A stretch of DNA of 64,000 bases, from contig CAYNHT010000002.1 in assembly GCA_964397485.1 (NCBI GenBank), positions 73,743-137,742 of the forward strand. The letters run 5' to 3'. The number at the start of each line of letters is the position of its first letter. Position 1 is the stretch's first letter. Below, piece by piece: positions 53,836 to 64,000 of the stretch. The notes under the pieces were generated by a model. That model was not told the DNA's origin, ran no database searches, and saw only the letters and a list, made by a program, of their open reading frames with translations. The translations under genes and the position numbers were made by a program. This DNA comes from an uncultured Muribaculaceae bacterium. Lineage in GTDB: Bacteria > Bacillota_I > Bacilli_A > RF39 > UBA660.

Positions 53836-54024
53836 ATGGTTAAGAAGATTTTTTCATTTATACGAAAAATAATATTTAGTGCTTTTTTGTTATATGGATA
53901 TAATTTAATAGCGGCTCCATTAGGTTTTATAATACCTATTAATATTATAACTGTGCTGTTATTAACTATATTAGGAATGCCTGCATTGTTTTCCTTAATA
54001 ATAATATTAGTACTAGTTTTTTAA
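53836..54024 (+). CDS. bofA: pro-sigmaK processing inhibitor BofA
   Basis: N......G..IPINIIT......LG.P hydrophobic motif; downstream of recR. Confidence 0.8.
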   Translation: MVKKIFSFIRKIIFSAFLLYGYNLIAAPLGFIIPINIITVLLLTILGMPALFSLIIILVLVF

Positions 54025-54037
54025 AAAGAGGTGATGT

Positions 54038-54997
54038 ATGTTAGATAATTTTATTAATGATCAACCAATAGTATATAGACTTTTGAAAAATTCCAAAAAG
54101 AAGGATAAAATTTCTCATGCATATCTTTTTGAAACAAATGGATATTCAAAAACACTTGATATTGTTATATCATTTGCCAAATATCTAGTATGTAAAAATG
54201 ATTATTCTAGTGATAATAATTGTGGTGATTGCTCTATATGTAGCAGAATTGATAACAATAATTACTTAGAATTGAAAATTATAAATCCAGATGGTTTATG
54301 GATAAAAAAAGAACAACTTGAAGAATTACAACACGAATTTAATAAAAAAGCTCTCGAAAATTCTAAAAAAATATATATAATAAATCATGCCGAGAAATTA
54401 AATACAAATGCTGCTAACTCAATATTAAAATTTTTAGAAGAACCAGAAGACAATATAATAGCTATCTTAGTAACTGATAATATTTACCAATTATTAGATA
54501 CTATCGTTTCTAGATGCCAAATAATATCGTTAAATAAAAACAAGGAAGATATTTCTATGGTAACTAGTGTACAAAAAATTGCTAACTCTCTATTTAACGA
54601 AAAAAACAAAATAGAAAGTTATATTAATAGTGATAATAGTGTTGAAAAAATCAATAAAATTGTAGATTTTATTATATTTTATGAAAAAAACAAAATTAAT
54701 ACAATTTTACACATATCAAAACTTTGGTATGAACATTTTCAAACAAAGGAAGAAATAATGATTGCTTTTGACATAATTATACTATACTATAAAGATGTGA
54801 TTAATTTCAAATTAGAACGTGAAGTTCAAACTTTTAATGATTATATAGAAAAAATACAAGAAGTTTCTAATTTAAATGAAGTCAAAGTAATCGCACAAAA
54901 AATTAGTGTTATATTAGATTTAAAAGATAAAATAATGTTAAATGTTAATAATAACTTATTGATGGACAAGTTTATTTTATCATTAGAAGAGGTGTAA
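54038..54997 (+). CDS. holB: DNA polymerase III delta-prime
   Basis: SHAYLF, C4 cluster, AANSILKFLEEP, TIVSRCQ. Confidence 0.92.
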   Translation: MLDNFINDQPIVYRLLKNSKKKDKISHAYLFETNGYSKTLDIVISFAKYLVCKNDYSSDNNCGDCSICSRIDNNNYLELKIINPDGLWIKKEQLEELQHEFNKKALENSKKIYIINHAEKLNTNAANSILKFLEEPEDNIIAILVTDNIYQLLDTIVSRCQIISLNKNKEDISMVTSVQKIANSLFNEKNKIESYINSDNSVEKINKIVDFIIFYEKNKINTILHISKLWYEHFQTKEEIMIAFDIIILYYKDVINFKLEREVQTFNDYIEKIQEVSNLNEVKVIAQKISVILDLKDKIMLNVNNNLLMDKFILSLEEV

Positions 54998-54999
54998 TA

Positions 55000-55797
55000 A
55001 TGGTAGATGTAGTGGGTGTTTCTTTAAAAGATAAAGGAAGAATATACTATTTTTTAACTAATAATTATTCATTAAAGAAAAAAATAACGGTCATAGTTGA
55101 TACTGAAAGAGGGTTGCAATTTGGCAAGGTGGAGACGGATGTAATTCAAGTTGATCCGAAAAAACTGAGGGAAACCTTAAAAAAAATAGTTAGAATTTCT
55201 TCAAAGCAAGATTATCAAAAACATAAAAAAAATATCAAAGATGCAAAGGAAACTTTGCATACTTGTCGTGATTTGATAAAAAAACATAATTTAAATATGC
55301 AAGTTTTGGATGCTAATTATACTTTTGAAAGAGACCAATTAATGTTTTATTTTCTAGCCGACAAAAGAGTTGATTTTAGGGAACTAGCTAAAGAATTGGC
55401 CTCTATTTATAAAACAAGAATCGAGTTAAGGCAAGTTGGAGTTCGCGATAGAGCAAGGGAAACAGGTGGAGTTGGGCAATGTGGGAGGCTATTATGTTGC
55501 TCAAAATTTCTTAATGATTTTGATTCAGTTTCAATAAATATGGCTAAAAATCAAAATTTATCATTAAACCCCTCTAAAATTAATGGAGTGTGTGGAAGGT
55601 TATTATGTTGCTTGAAGTATGAAGATAATGAATATACTGAATGCCGTAAATGTTTGCCCGAAATAGGAGATATAATAAAAACTGATGAAGGATCAGGAAG
55701 AGTGATAAGTGTTGATATACTCACAAAAAAATATAAGGTAGAAGTTTCTGGGGTTGGAATTGTAGAAATTTCTAAAAATAAATGTGGAAGTCATTAA
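55000..55797 (+). CDS. ricT: PSP1-domain regulatory Fe-S subunit RicT/YaaT
   Basis: RVDFRELAK, RIELRQVGVRD, CGRLLCC twice, MAKNQNLSLNP. Confidence 0.92.
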   Translation: MVDVVGVSLKDKGRIYYFLTNNYSLKKKITVIVDTERGLQFGKVETDVIQVDPKKLRETLKKIVRISSKQDYQKHKKNIKDAKETLHTCRDLIKKHNLNMQVLDANYTFERDQLMFYFLADKRVDFRELAKELASIYKTRIELRQVGVRDRARETGGVGQCGRLLCCSKFLNDFDSVSINMAKNQNLSLNPSKINGVCGRLLCCLKYEDNEYTECRKCLPEIGDIIKTDEGSGRVISVDILTKKYKVEVSGVGIVEISKNKCGSH

Positions 55798-56503
55798 CGA
55801 ATTATTAGGATACAAAAATTTATTTATAGTACAAAACACACAAATGTTTTGCTTTTCACTAGACTCAGTTTTATTACCTAACTTTATAACAATCAACAAA
55901 AATATAAAAAAAATATTAGATATTGGATGTGGAAATGCCCCAATACCATTAATACTCTCAACAAAAACTAAGGCACAAATAATAGGTGTCGAAATACAAG
56001 AAGATGTTTATAAATTAGCGTGCAAAACAATTGATATAAACAAAAAAAATGATCAAATACAAATTATAAATGCAGATATAAATCAAATATATAAACAGTG
56101 GGAAAGTGATTCTTTTGATATCATAGTATGTAATCCCCCTTTTTTTAAAGCAAAAGAAAATTCCCATTTTAATTCTAGCGATTATAAAACAATTGCACGT
56201 CATGAAGTTAAATTAGATTTAGAAAAAATAATGACTGTGAGCAAAAAACTATTAAAAAACAATGGAATAATAGGTATAGTACATAGGACTGATAGGTTAA
56301 TTGATATAATTGAAAGTATGAGAAAAAATAACATTGAACCGAAAAAAATACAGTTTATCTATCCAAAAAAAGGATTGCTATCAAATATAGTATTAGTTGA
56401 GGGAAGAAAAAATGGAAACCCTGGCTTAAAAATAATGGACGTTATATATACTCATAAAAATAATGGTGAATACAGCGAGCAAATTAAAAAAATTTTTGAA
56501 TAA
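55784..56503 (+). CDS. tRNA1(Val) A37 N6-methyltransferase (YabB)
   Basis: FSLDSVLL, LDIGCGN, CNPPFF, IARHE. Confidence 0.9.
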   Translation: MEVINELLGYKNLFIVQNTQMFCFSLDSVLLPNFITINKNIKKILDIGCGNAPIPLILSTKTKAQIIGVEIQEDVYKLACKTIDINKKNDQIQIINADINQIYKQWESDSFDIIVCNPPFFKAKENSHFNSSDYKTIARHEVKLDLEKIMTVSKKLLKNNGIIGIVHRTDRLIDIIESMRKNNIEPKKIQFIYPKKGLLSNIVLVEGRKNGNPGLKIMDVIYTHKNNGEYSEQIKKIFE

Positions 56504-56512
56504 GGTGATAAG

Positions 56513-57361
56513 ATGTCTCAAAAAAGTTATAATAATTCCCCTACTGTGTATTTAATACCAACACCAATCGGAAATGTTGATGATATAACCATCAGGGCTA
56601 TTAAAATTTTAAATGAAGTTGAAGTTATCTTTTCTGAGGATACTAGAGAAACTTTGAAATTGTTAACTCACCTCGAGTTAAAGAAAAAATTAATAGCCAA
56701 TCATATGCATAACGAAGAAAAAAACAAGGAGAAAGTGTTATATTATTTAACGTCAGGCAAATCTGTAGGAATAGTTAGCGATAGAGGTACGCCTGTTATT
56801 AGTGATCCTGGGTATGAGTTAACTAAATATGTTATAGAACAAGGGTATAATGTAGTGGGATTACCAGGACCTACTGCTTTAATCCCTGCTTTAATTGTAT
56901 CGGGCCTTTCACCATTACCATTTTGTTTTATTGGTTTTTTAAATAGCAAAGAAGGTAAGCGAAAAAAAGAACTAGAAAAATATAAAAATTATGATATGAC
57001 ATTAGTGTTTTATGAAGCTCCTCATAGGATAATAAAAACAGTACAAAATATTATAGAAGTTTTGGGAAATAGAAAAATAAGTATTTCCCGGGAAATATCT
57101 AAAAAGTTTGAAGAAGTATATAGAGGATACGCTAAAGATGTTATTAATGAAATTATCGGTATAAAAGGAGAAATAGTAGTAGTTGTAGAAGGAAATACCA
57201 GTGTAAATGATTACTATAATTTGACAGTTATTGAACACATCAATTTATATATAAAAGAGGGATATGAATCGAAAGAAGCTATAAAAAAAGTAGCTAAAGA
57301 TCGAAATTTAAATAAAAGTGAAGTTTACAGTCAATATCATAATATAAAAAGTAGAAGGTGA
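56513..57361 (+). CDS. rsmI: 16S rRNA C1402 2'-O-methyltransferase
   Basis: PTPIGN, EDTR, SD.GTP.ISDPG, YEAPHR, REISKKFEE. Confidence 0.95.
   Translation: MSQKSYNNSPTVYLIPTPIGNVDDITIRAIKILNEVEVIFSEDTRETLKLLTHLELKKKLIANHMHNEEKNKEKVLYYLTSGKSVGIVSDRGTPVISDPGYELTKYVIEQGYNVVGLPGPTALIPALIVSGLSPLPFCFIGFLNSKEGKRKKELEKYKNYDMTLVFYEAPHRIIKTVQNIIEVLGNRKISISREISKKFEEVYRGYAKDVINEIIGIKGEIVVVVEGNTSVNDYYNLTVIEHINLYIKEGYESKEAIKKVAKDRNLNKSEVYSQYHNIKSRR
57082..57097. promoter_or_regulatory. perfect Noc-binding site inside rsmI
   Basis: TATTTCCCGGGAAATA 16-bp palindrome. Confidence 0.75.
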
Positions 57362-57365
57362 TTTA

Positions 57366-57926
57366 ATGAAATTAGTCGTTGGTTTGGGAAATAAAGGTGA
57401 AGAATATTATAAAACCCGTCACAATGTTGGGTTTGTCGCAATTGATGCGATTACTTTAAAAAAAAATATATCAATTGATAAAGTGAAATTTGGTGGTCTA
57501 TATAATGAGTCTGTTATAAATGGCGAAAAAATAATTTTCCTAAAGCCACAAAGATATATAAATCTATCAGGTGAGGTAATAAAAAAATTTATAGATTTTT
57601 TTAAGATAGACATCGAAAATATATTAATAATTCATGATGATTTAGATTTACCATGCGGTAGTTTCAAATTAAAATATAAAGGTGGATCGGCAGGTCATAA
57701 TGGACTTAAGGATATTGAAAAAAATTTAGGGACTAAGGAGTATAAAAGAATCAAAATAGGAATATCCAACAACAAGCAAATAGATACTAAGAATTATGTA
57801 TTGGGTAAAGTTAATAAAGAGGAAGAGGAAAAATTGAAAATAGTGATTGATGAAATAGTAAAAATTTTTGATGATTACTTAGAAATGTCTTTCGACAATC
57901 TTATGAATAAATATAATGTAAAATAA
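57366..57926 (+). CDS. pth: peptidyl-tRNA hydrolase
   Basis: GLGN.G.EY..TRHNVG, IHDDLD, GHNGL. Confidence 0.96.
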   Translation: MKLVVGLGNKGEEYYKTRHNVGFVAIDAITLKKNISIDKVKFGGLYNESVINGEKIIFLKPQRYINLSGEVIKKFIDFFKIDIENILIIHDDLDLPCGSFKLKYKGGSAGHNGLKDIEKNLGTKEYKRIKIGISNNKQIDTKNYVLGKVNKEEEEKLKIVIDEIVKIFDDYLEMSFDNLMNKYNVK

Positions 57927-57976
57927 GTATGATACTAAATGTATCTTTTTTTCAATATATGAAAGGGGGAAATCAA

Positions 57977-60900
57977 ATGTTTTTCAGTGAGATTTTTAAT
58001 GATATCAAAATTAATTGTGAAATAACGGGATTAACTGATGAATTAAAAGCGATATATATATATAATTTACTAAAAAAATCAGGCAAATCAATAGTATTTT
58101 TAACAAGCACTTTATATGAAGCAAATGATATATATCAAAGAATATCTAATTACACAGACGAAGTTTTACTTTTCCCCATGGATGACTTTTTAACTAGTGA
58201 AGCTTTAGCTGTTAGTCCAGAATTAAAAACAACTCGTATTGAAACTTTAAGAGAATTGACTGTTAACAATAAACAGATTGTAGTGGCTAACCTAATGGGG
58301 TATTTAAGGTATTTACCAGATAAAGAAATATTTATAAAAAAAACAATAAATCTAAATGTTGGTGATACATACGAAATAAAAAAATTAGTCACGGATTTAT
58401 ATGATATAGGTTATATAAGGGAAACTATAGTCAATAAAACCGGAGAAATAGCAACCAGAGGGTATGTGGTTGATGTTTTTCCAATATCTAATCAAAATCC
58501 GATTCGAATAGAATTTTGGGGTGATTCAATCGAATCGATTAGAACTTTTGACATTAACAGTCAATTAACTATAGAGGAAGTGTCTAAAATTGATATATAC
58601 CCTTGCACTGAATTTTTATTAGATAACAATGATGAAGATATCGAAAAAAAACAATACAATCTTTCAAATTATACAACTCCAGTAAATATAAATTGCTATT
58701 TAGAAGATTGTTGTATTGTTTTTGATGATTATTCTCAAATTCATGTTGGTTACAAAATGTTATTGGAAGAAGTTTTAAATTATAACATTAGTACAAATAG
58801 GGCGTCTGACTTCAAATATATGAATGATCTATATGAAATCAAAAATAATAATTTTATAAATTTTGTGAAATTTGATAATTATATAGATGATTCAAATTTA
58901 ATCATACATTATAATTCTAAGGAAATACAAAGTTTAAATAATGATAAAAATAAAATTATTGAAGTATTCAATAATAGTGTAAACTCTAGAAAAACGGTTG
59001 TAGTATGTGTGTCAAATAGATACAAAGTTAATCGATTAATAGAAGAATGTTGTGATACAAAAATTGTTTATACTACCGAAAACGAAATATTTTTAGGCAA
59101 AATAAATGTTATAGTAAAAAATATAACTTCTGGGTTTGAAATTAATAATTTGATTATAATAACGGAATCTGAGATATTTAGTAAGAAGAATACGTCTTAT
59201 CAATATAAAACTAATTTCAGAATGGGAACTAAAATTAAGGATATAAGTAGATTAAACATAGGAGATTATATTATTCATAATGTCCATGGCATAGGACGTT
59301 ACTGTGGAATAAAGACTTTACTAAAAAATGGTCTAAAAAAAGATTATTTGTTTTTGGAATATCGTGATAATGATAAATTATATATACCTGTCGAAAAGAT
59401 AGATTATATTAGTAAATATTCATCTAATGATAGTATAGTTCCTAGAGTAAATAAATTAGGTACAACAGAATGGGAAAGAACGAAATTAAAAGTAAAGAAG
59501 AAAATAGAAAGTATAGCCGGCGATTTATTAAAGCTTTATGCTCAACGGGAGGCGAGTACTGGTTTTTCATTTGAAAAAGATAATGAAGAACAAATAGAGT
59601 TTGAAAAAGAGTTCATATATAAAGAGACTATAGATCAATTAAGGGTTAGTGCAGAAATAAAAAGAGATATGGAAAAATCAACACCAATGGATAGACTACT
59701 GTGCGGTGATGTAGGCTTCGGAAAGACTGAAGTTGCTTTTAGGGCAATATTTAAAGCTGTTTTGTCAAATAAGCAAGTAGCCTTATTGTGTCCTACTACA
59801 ATATTATCTCAACAACATTATTCTAACGCTTTAGAGAGATTCAAATCATATCCAATAAACATAGCACTACTTAATAGATTTGTATCGAAAAAAGAAATTA
59901 ATCAACAGATAAAGAAAATAAAAGAAGGAAAAATAGATATTGTTATTGGTACACATAGAATCCTAAGCGATGATGTTAAGTTTAAGGATCTAGGATTACT
60001 TGTAGTTGATGAAGAACAAAGATTTGGCGTAAAACATAAAGAAAAAATAAAAAGTTATAAAAATAACGTTGACGTTTTAACTTTAACGGCAACTCCAATA
60101 CCAAGGACGCTACAAATGTCTATGGCTGGAATTAGAAATTTATCACTTATAGAAACTCCACCAGTTAACAGATATCCAGTTCAAACATATGTCTTGGCAG
60201 AAAATAATCAAATAATAAAAGATGCTGTATATAAAGAAATATCTCGAGATGGGCAAGTTTTTATACTTTATAATCGTATTGAAGATATTTCTTTAAAAGT
60301 TCAAGAAATAAGCAGATTAGTTCCGCATGCTAAAGTTGGTTATGCACATGGGCAAATGAGCAAGCAGCTGTTAGAAGAAGTTATGCTCAAGTTTATAAAT
60401 AAAGATTATAATGTTTTAATATGTACAACTATAATAGAAACAGGAATAGATATACCAAGTGCTAACACTTTGATAATATTCAATGCAGATCGTTTTGGAT
60501 TAGCTCAACTATATCAAATTAGGGGAAGAGTTGGTAGAAGCAACAAAATTGCATATTGTTATTTGATGTATGAGCAAGGAAAAGTACTAAGTGAAGTAGC
60601 GACTAAGAGATTAAAAGTAATTAAAGATTATACAGAATTAGGAAGTGGATTTTCAATTGCCGCACGAGATTTATCAATACGAGGTGCGGGGGATATATTA
60701 GGAAGCGAACAAGCAGGTTTTATTGATACTATAGGAATAGAATTATTTTTAAAAATGCTGAATGAAGAAATTAATAGATTAAAGGGAAAAGAAATAGTTG
60801 ATATAGTCGAACAAGATAGTAACCAACCACTGATAGATGTTGAAACATCTATTGATGATAATTATGTAGAAGATGAAGAATTGAAAATAGAGATTCATAA

Positions 60901-61276
60901 AAAAATAAATATGATTGATTCATATGAAAAACTTTTAGAGACAAAAACAGAATTAGAGGATCGATTTGGAAATGTATCTGAGGAATTATTAATATATATG
61001 TATGAAGAATGGTTTGAAAAATTAGCTAAAGAACTTAATATAACAAATGTGAGGCAGACAAAAAACTTTGTTGAAATAATATTAGATAAAAATATGACAC
61101 AGAAAATAAACGGAGATTTTTTATTTATTGAAGCTAGCCGCATTTCGAGAATGTTCAGATTTAGCTTGAAAAATAATAGATTAATAATAACTTTAGATAT
61201 AATTAAATTGGATAAGCATTTTATCTATTACCTAGTAGATTTGTTTGAAGTAATAAAGAAAGCTAAAAAAAGTTAA
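57977..61276 (+). CDS. mfd: transcription-repair coupling factor
   Basis: HGIGRY (RID), [36 protein letters not shown]; start at MFFSE. Confidence 0.96.
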   Translation: MFFSEIFNDIKINCEITGLTDELKAIYIYNLLKKSGKSIVFLTSTLYEANDIYQRISNYTDEVLLFPMDDFLTSEALAVSPELKTTRIETLRELTVNNKQIVVANLMGYLRYLPDKEIFIKKTINLNVGDTYEIKKLVTDLYDIGYIRETIVNKTGEIATRGYVVDVFPISNQNPIRIEFWGDSIESIRTFDINSQLTIEEVSKIDIYPCTEFLLDNNDEDIEKKQYNLSNYTTPVNINCYLEDCCIVFDDYSQIHVGYKMLLEEVLNYNISTNRASDFKYMNDLYEIKNNNFINFVKFDNYIDDSNLIIHYNSKEIQSLNNDKNKIIEVFNNSVNSRKTVVVCVSNRYKVNRLIEECCDTKIVYTTENEIFLGKINVIVKNITSGFEINNLIIITESEIFSKKNTSYQYKTNFRMGTKIKDISRLNIGDYIIHNVHGIGRYCGIKTLLKNGLKKDYLFLEYRDNDKLYIPVEKIDYISKYSSNDSIVPRVNKLGTTEWERTKLKVKKKIESIAGDLLKLYAQREASTGFSFEKDNEEQIEFEKEFIYKETIDQLRVSAEIKRDMEKSTPMDRLLCGDVGFGKTEVAFRAIFKAVLSNKQVALLCPTTILSQQHYSNALERFKSYPINIALLNRFVSKKEINQQIKKIKEGKIDIVIGTHRILSDDVKFKDLGLLVVDEEQRFGVKHKEKIKSYKNNVDVLTLTATPIPRTLQMSMAGIRNLSLIETPPVNRYPVQTYVLAENNQIIKDAVYKEISRDGQVFILYNRIEDISLKVQEISRLVPHAKVGYAHGQMSKQLLEEVMLKFINKDYNVLICTTIIETGIDIPSANTLIIFNADRFGLAQLYQIRGRVGRSNKIAYCYLMYEQGKVLSEVATKRLKVIKDYTELGSGFSIAARDLSIRGAGDILGSEQAGFIDTIGIELFLKMLNEEINRLKGKEIVDIVEQDSNQPLIDVETSIDDNYVEDEELKIEIHKKINMIDSYEKLLETKTELEDRFGNVSEELLIYMYEEWFEKLAKELNITNVRQTKNFVEIILDKNMTQKINGDFLFIEASRISRMFRFSLKNNRLIITLDIIKLDKHFIYYLVDLFEVIKKAKKS

Positions 61277-61350
61277 AATTTTATGATATAACATATGTTA
61301 TTTTTCCTCAAATAACTGTTTAGAAAATATACTTTTCTTTTATATATATG

Positions 61351-61378
61351 AAGGATAACCTTTTTGGGTTATCTTTTT
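61351..61378 (+). terminator. terminator downstream of mfd
   Basis: AAGGATAACC/GGTTATCTTT stem plus T-tract. Confidence 0.7.
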
Positions 61379-61533
61379 GTTTTCCTGATAAATTTTTTTA
61401 ACTATCATAATAAGCCTAGCAATGTTATTTTATACTTTTTTAATTGCTATTCTTCGAGGTTTTAGTGTATTAAAAAAGTAAACATTTTTAATTTTATGTC
61501 TACTCTTAATCTATGATTTAAAATTCTAATTTA

Positions 61534-63162
61534 TTATTTTCTTTCCATTGCATCCATTATATTTGGAATGATTTGTTTTTTTCTAGAGACACATCCTGGA
61601 ATATATTGACCCTGCCTTAAATCTGTAATGTTAAAACTGTTATCCAAAATATCCCCAGCCCCACTATTAAAGATTATATATGAACCATTGTTGATAATAT
61701 CTGTTACAAATAAAGCTACAATATAATAATCATTATTAGTTGCAACATTTTCAATCAATTCTATATATTCTTTCATATCTTGTTGTATTGGTGTAATATT
61801 CATTGTAAATATTTGTCCTATTCCAATTTTTTTGTTATCTACAGTGAAATTTTTAAAATCACTATATAATATTTCTTCTTTCGTTTTACCTTTTAAAGAT
61901 GATCCTGCATCAAACATTCTAATTCCATAATCATAATAATCTAAACCAGCAATATCAGATAATACAGATACCACGTCTTTATCTAGTTGTGTCGTTGTAG
62001 GTGATGATAATAGTAATGTATCAGAAATTATTCCTGACAACATTAAACCAGCAATATCTTTAGGTATATTAATATTATTTTCTTTATATAATAAATATAT
62101 AATTGTATTAGTGCTCCCAACTGGCATATTTCTGAAATTAATCGGCAATGTTGTTCCAATAGTCCCAATTTTATGATGATCAATAATTTCAATAATTTCA
62201 GCATCTTCTAATCCGTCGACGCTTTGCTCATATTCATTGTGGTCTACTAATATAACTTTTTTGCGTCTCTTTTCCGCAATGTCAGATAAACGTAGTATAC
62301 CTAAGCATTTTTTATTTTTATCAATTATTGGATAATTACTAAATTTAGTTTTATTCGCAATTTCAATAAAATCATTCAAATCTTCATGTTCATCAAAACA
62401 AACAACATTGTTATCTAGAGCTATACTTGAAATATAATTACACAGATTAATAATTTTAGCTACTTTAAATGTATCATGTGGAGTTCTTATAATATTAACT
62501 TTATTTTCCTTAGCAATTTTTAAATGTTCATCTTTTATACATCTATCACCTGTTAATATTATTAACTTTGCTCCATTATTAACTGCATATTCAATAATGC
62601 TATGTCTATCTCCAACGATCAAAATAGTTTCAGAATTTATTGATACACTCTCAATAAAGGTTGTACTTTTGTATGATGCTACTAATATATTACCACTGAT
62701 TTCTTTATCATATTTTAATAATTCATCACCGGCTAAAGTATCAATTATGTTTTGGTATGAAGTATTTAATTTATAAACATTACCACTTATTTGATCCTTC
62801 GCTATATCTTTCATAGAAACAATTCCTAAAAATTCTTTTTTTTCATTAACGATTGGTAAAGTACTTATTGAATTTTCGTTCATATATAGATATCCTTCAT
62901 AGATTGATTCTTCAGAATTTATATAATATCCTTTTCTATAATTGAGATCTTTAATTTGTAATTTAACATCGTTTAAATATTTAGGTTGATTTATATTAAA
63001 ATAATCTAAAACAAATTTAGTTTCGTTACTAATGTCGCCTAAAACCATAGGGATAGTATTTAGTCCGAGTTTATTTTTTAAATATGATAAAGATATTGAT
63101 GCAACAACACTATCTGTATCTGGTTTTTTATGTCCAAAAATAAAAATATTTTCCATTTTCAT
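61534..63162 (-). CDS. ppaC: family II Mn-dependent inorganic pyrophosphatase with CBS-DRTGG insert
   Basis: GHKKPDTDS, ILVDHNE, IDHH, SDTL..SPTTT, SRKKQ; central IVGDR and two CBS-like segments. Confidence 0.93.
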   Translation of the reverse strand: MKMENIFIFGHKKPDTDSVVASISLSYLKNKLGLNTIPMVLGDISNETKFVLDYFNINQPKYLNDVKLQIKDLNYRKGYYINSEESIYEGYLYMNENSISTLPIVNEKKEFLGIVSMKDIAKDQISGNVYKLNTSYQNIIDTLAGDELLKYDKEISGNILVASYKSTTFIESVSINSETILIVGDRHSIIEYAVNNGAKLIILTGDRCIKDEHLKIAKENKVNIIRTPHDTFKVAKIINLCNYISSIALDNNVVCFDEHEDLNDFIEIANKTKFSNYPIIDKNKKCLGILRLSDIAEKRRKKVILVDHNEYEQSVDGLEDAEIIEIIDHHKIGTIGTTLPINFRNMPVGSTNTIIYLLYKENNINIPKDIAGLMLSGIISDTLLLSSPTTTQLDKDVVSVLSDIAGLDYYDYGIRMFDAGSSLKGKTKEEILYSDFKNFTVDNKKIGIGQIFTMNITPIQQDMKEYIELIENVATNNDYYIVALFVTDIINNGSYIIFNSGAGDILDNSFNITDLRQGQYIPGCVSRKKQIIPNIMDAMERK

Positions 63163-63217
63163 TCTCCCTTCGAAACAAACGTTCCTATATTATAGCACAT
63201 TTTTAAATAATAGATAA

Positions 63218-63246
63218 GTATAAATTAAGTAAAATAAGACAAAATA
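63218..63246 (+). promoter_or_regulatory. sigmaG-like promoter of spoVT
   Basis: GTATA-N17-CAAAATA. Confidence 0.55.
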
Positions 63247-63269
63247 TTAACTAGAAAGAGAGGTAAAAA

Positions 63270-63803
63270 ATGAAGGCAACTGGCATAGTGAGAAGAATTG
63301 ATGAACTAGGCAGAATTGTTATTCCAAAAGAGATTAGAAAAACCTTAAGAATAAGAGAAGGCGAAAACTTAGAAATATATGTAGATACCAATGAAAACAT
63401 AATATTAAAAAAGTACTCGCTAATGAATAAAATAAATGATTTTGCCCAAAACTTTGCCGATTCTATACATGCATTTTTAAAACATAATATTATAATAACT
63501 GATACAAATACAATAATAGCTTGTTCGGGGACTCAAAAAAAAGAATATTTAAATCAACCAATTTCTGAAAAACTTCAAAGTTCTCTTTTACGTCGAGAAA
63601 ACATATTAGAAAAATATGAAAAGAATTTTAGAATAATAGAAGATAAAGAGGAAAAAGGAACATATACTATAAGTGCTATCATAGCCAATGGAGATGCTGC
63701 AGGATTAGTTATTATTACTTCAGAACATGATAAAATAACAGAAGTAGAAGAAAGGGTAGCAAAAATAGCTTCTCAATTTTTAGGAAAATATCTTGAAGAA
63801 TAA
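63270..63803 (+). CDS. spoVT: stage V sporulation regulator SpoVT
   Basis: MKATGIVRRIDELGRIVIPKEIRKTLRIREG (AbrB fold) plus GAF C-terminus ending FLGKYLE. Confidence 0.94.
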   Translation: MKATGIVRRIDELGRIVIPKEIRKTLRIREGENLEIYVDTNENIILKKYSLMNKINDFAQNFADSIHAFLKHNIIITDTNTIIACSGTQKKEYLNQPISEKLQSSLLRRENILEKYEKNFRIIEDKEEKGTYTISAIIANGDAAGLVIITSEHDKITEVEERVAKIASQFLGKYLEE

Positions 63804-63839
63804 TTAAATGTGTGTTATAATTAACACAATTTAAAAATT

Positions 63840-64000
63840 TTGACGGAAAGAGAAGTAAAAAAATCTTATAAAAGAGACCTTGGTGAGGTGAAAGCAAGGA
63901 AGATTAATTTACTTTAGATGGTTCCTGAATTGTCTGGTCGATATGTAGGCTAGAACGTAGATATGCGTTAAATAATTAAGAGTATAATAATAAATATTAT
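63840..64000 (+). promoter_or_regulatory. T-box leader, probable Met specifier, truncated by window edge
   Basis: stem I GGAA..TTCC, AGAGA bulge, GGTGAAAG distal loop flanked by CCTTG/CAAGG, ATG in specifier loop (TAGATGGTTCC), CGTTA and AAGAG motifs; antiterminator lies beyond the window. Confidence 0.75.

Noticed and set aside
63172-63185. LexA box upstream of ppaC (AAAC-N4-GTTC)
   Set aside because: One mismatch, single occurrence, and uvrB has no box

Overview
Very AT-rich chromosome segment spanning the replication origin of a low-GC, apparently genome-reduced but spore-forming member of the Bacilli. RF39-like placement is my inference; TGA is used as a stop, so the genetic code is standard. 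Genes left of ~41.3 kb lie almost all on the minus strand and genes to the right on the plus strand. The bipartite oriC (rpmH|dnaA|dnaN) uses TTTTCCACA boxes. Housekeeping genes: typA, mbl, rpmE, murA, fba, rlmH, dnaB, rplI, whiA, lgt, uvrB, rsmG-mnmG-mnmE, jag-yidC-rnpA-rpmH, dnaA-dnaN, recF-gyrB-gyrA, tadA, dnaX-ebfC-recR, holB-ricT-trmN6-rsmI-pth-mfd, ppaC. Sporulation genes: spoIID, spoIIQ, spoIIID, spoIIR, bofA, spoVT, several with recognisable forespore or mother-cell promoters. Non-coding elements: a minimal SRP RNA, three 37-bp-phased parS sites, Noc-binding sites and a Met T-box. Best leads: (1) an asnB / Alr-fold racemase with rewired active-site motifs / D-aspartate ligase cluster, suggesting a PLP-dependent route to a D-Asp/D-Asn peptidoglycan bridge; (2) a Noc lacking its membrane helix but carrying a ~260-aa acidic insertion and an internal RBS; (3) comK inserted between dnaN and recF; (4) absence of walRKHI and soj-spo0J from their usual loci. 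No mobile element, CRISPR, tRNA or rRNA was seen. All calls come from reading motifs and synteny, without database searches.
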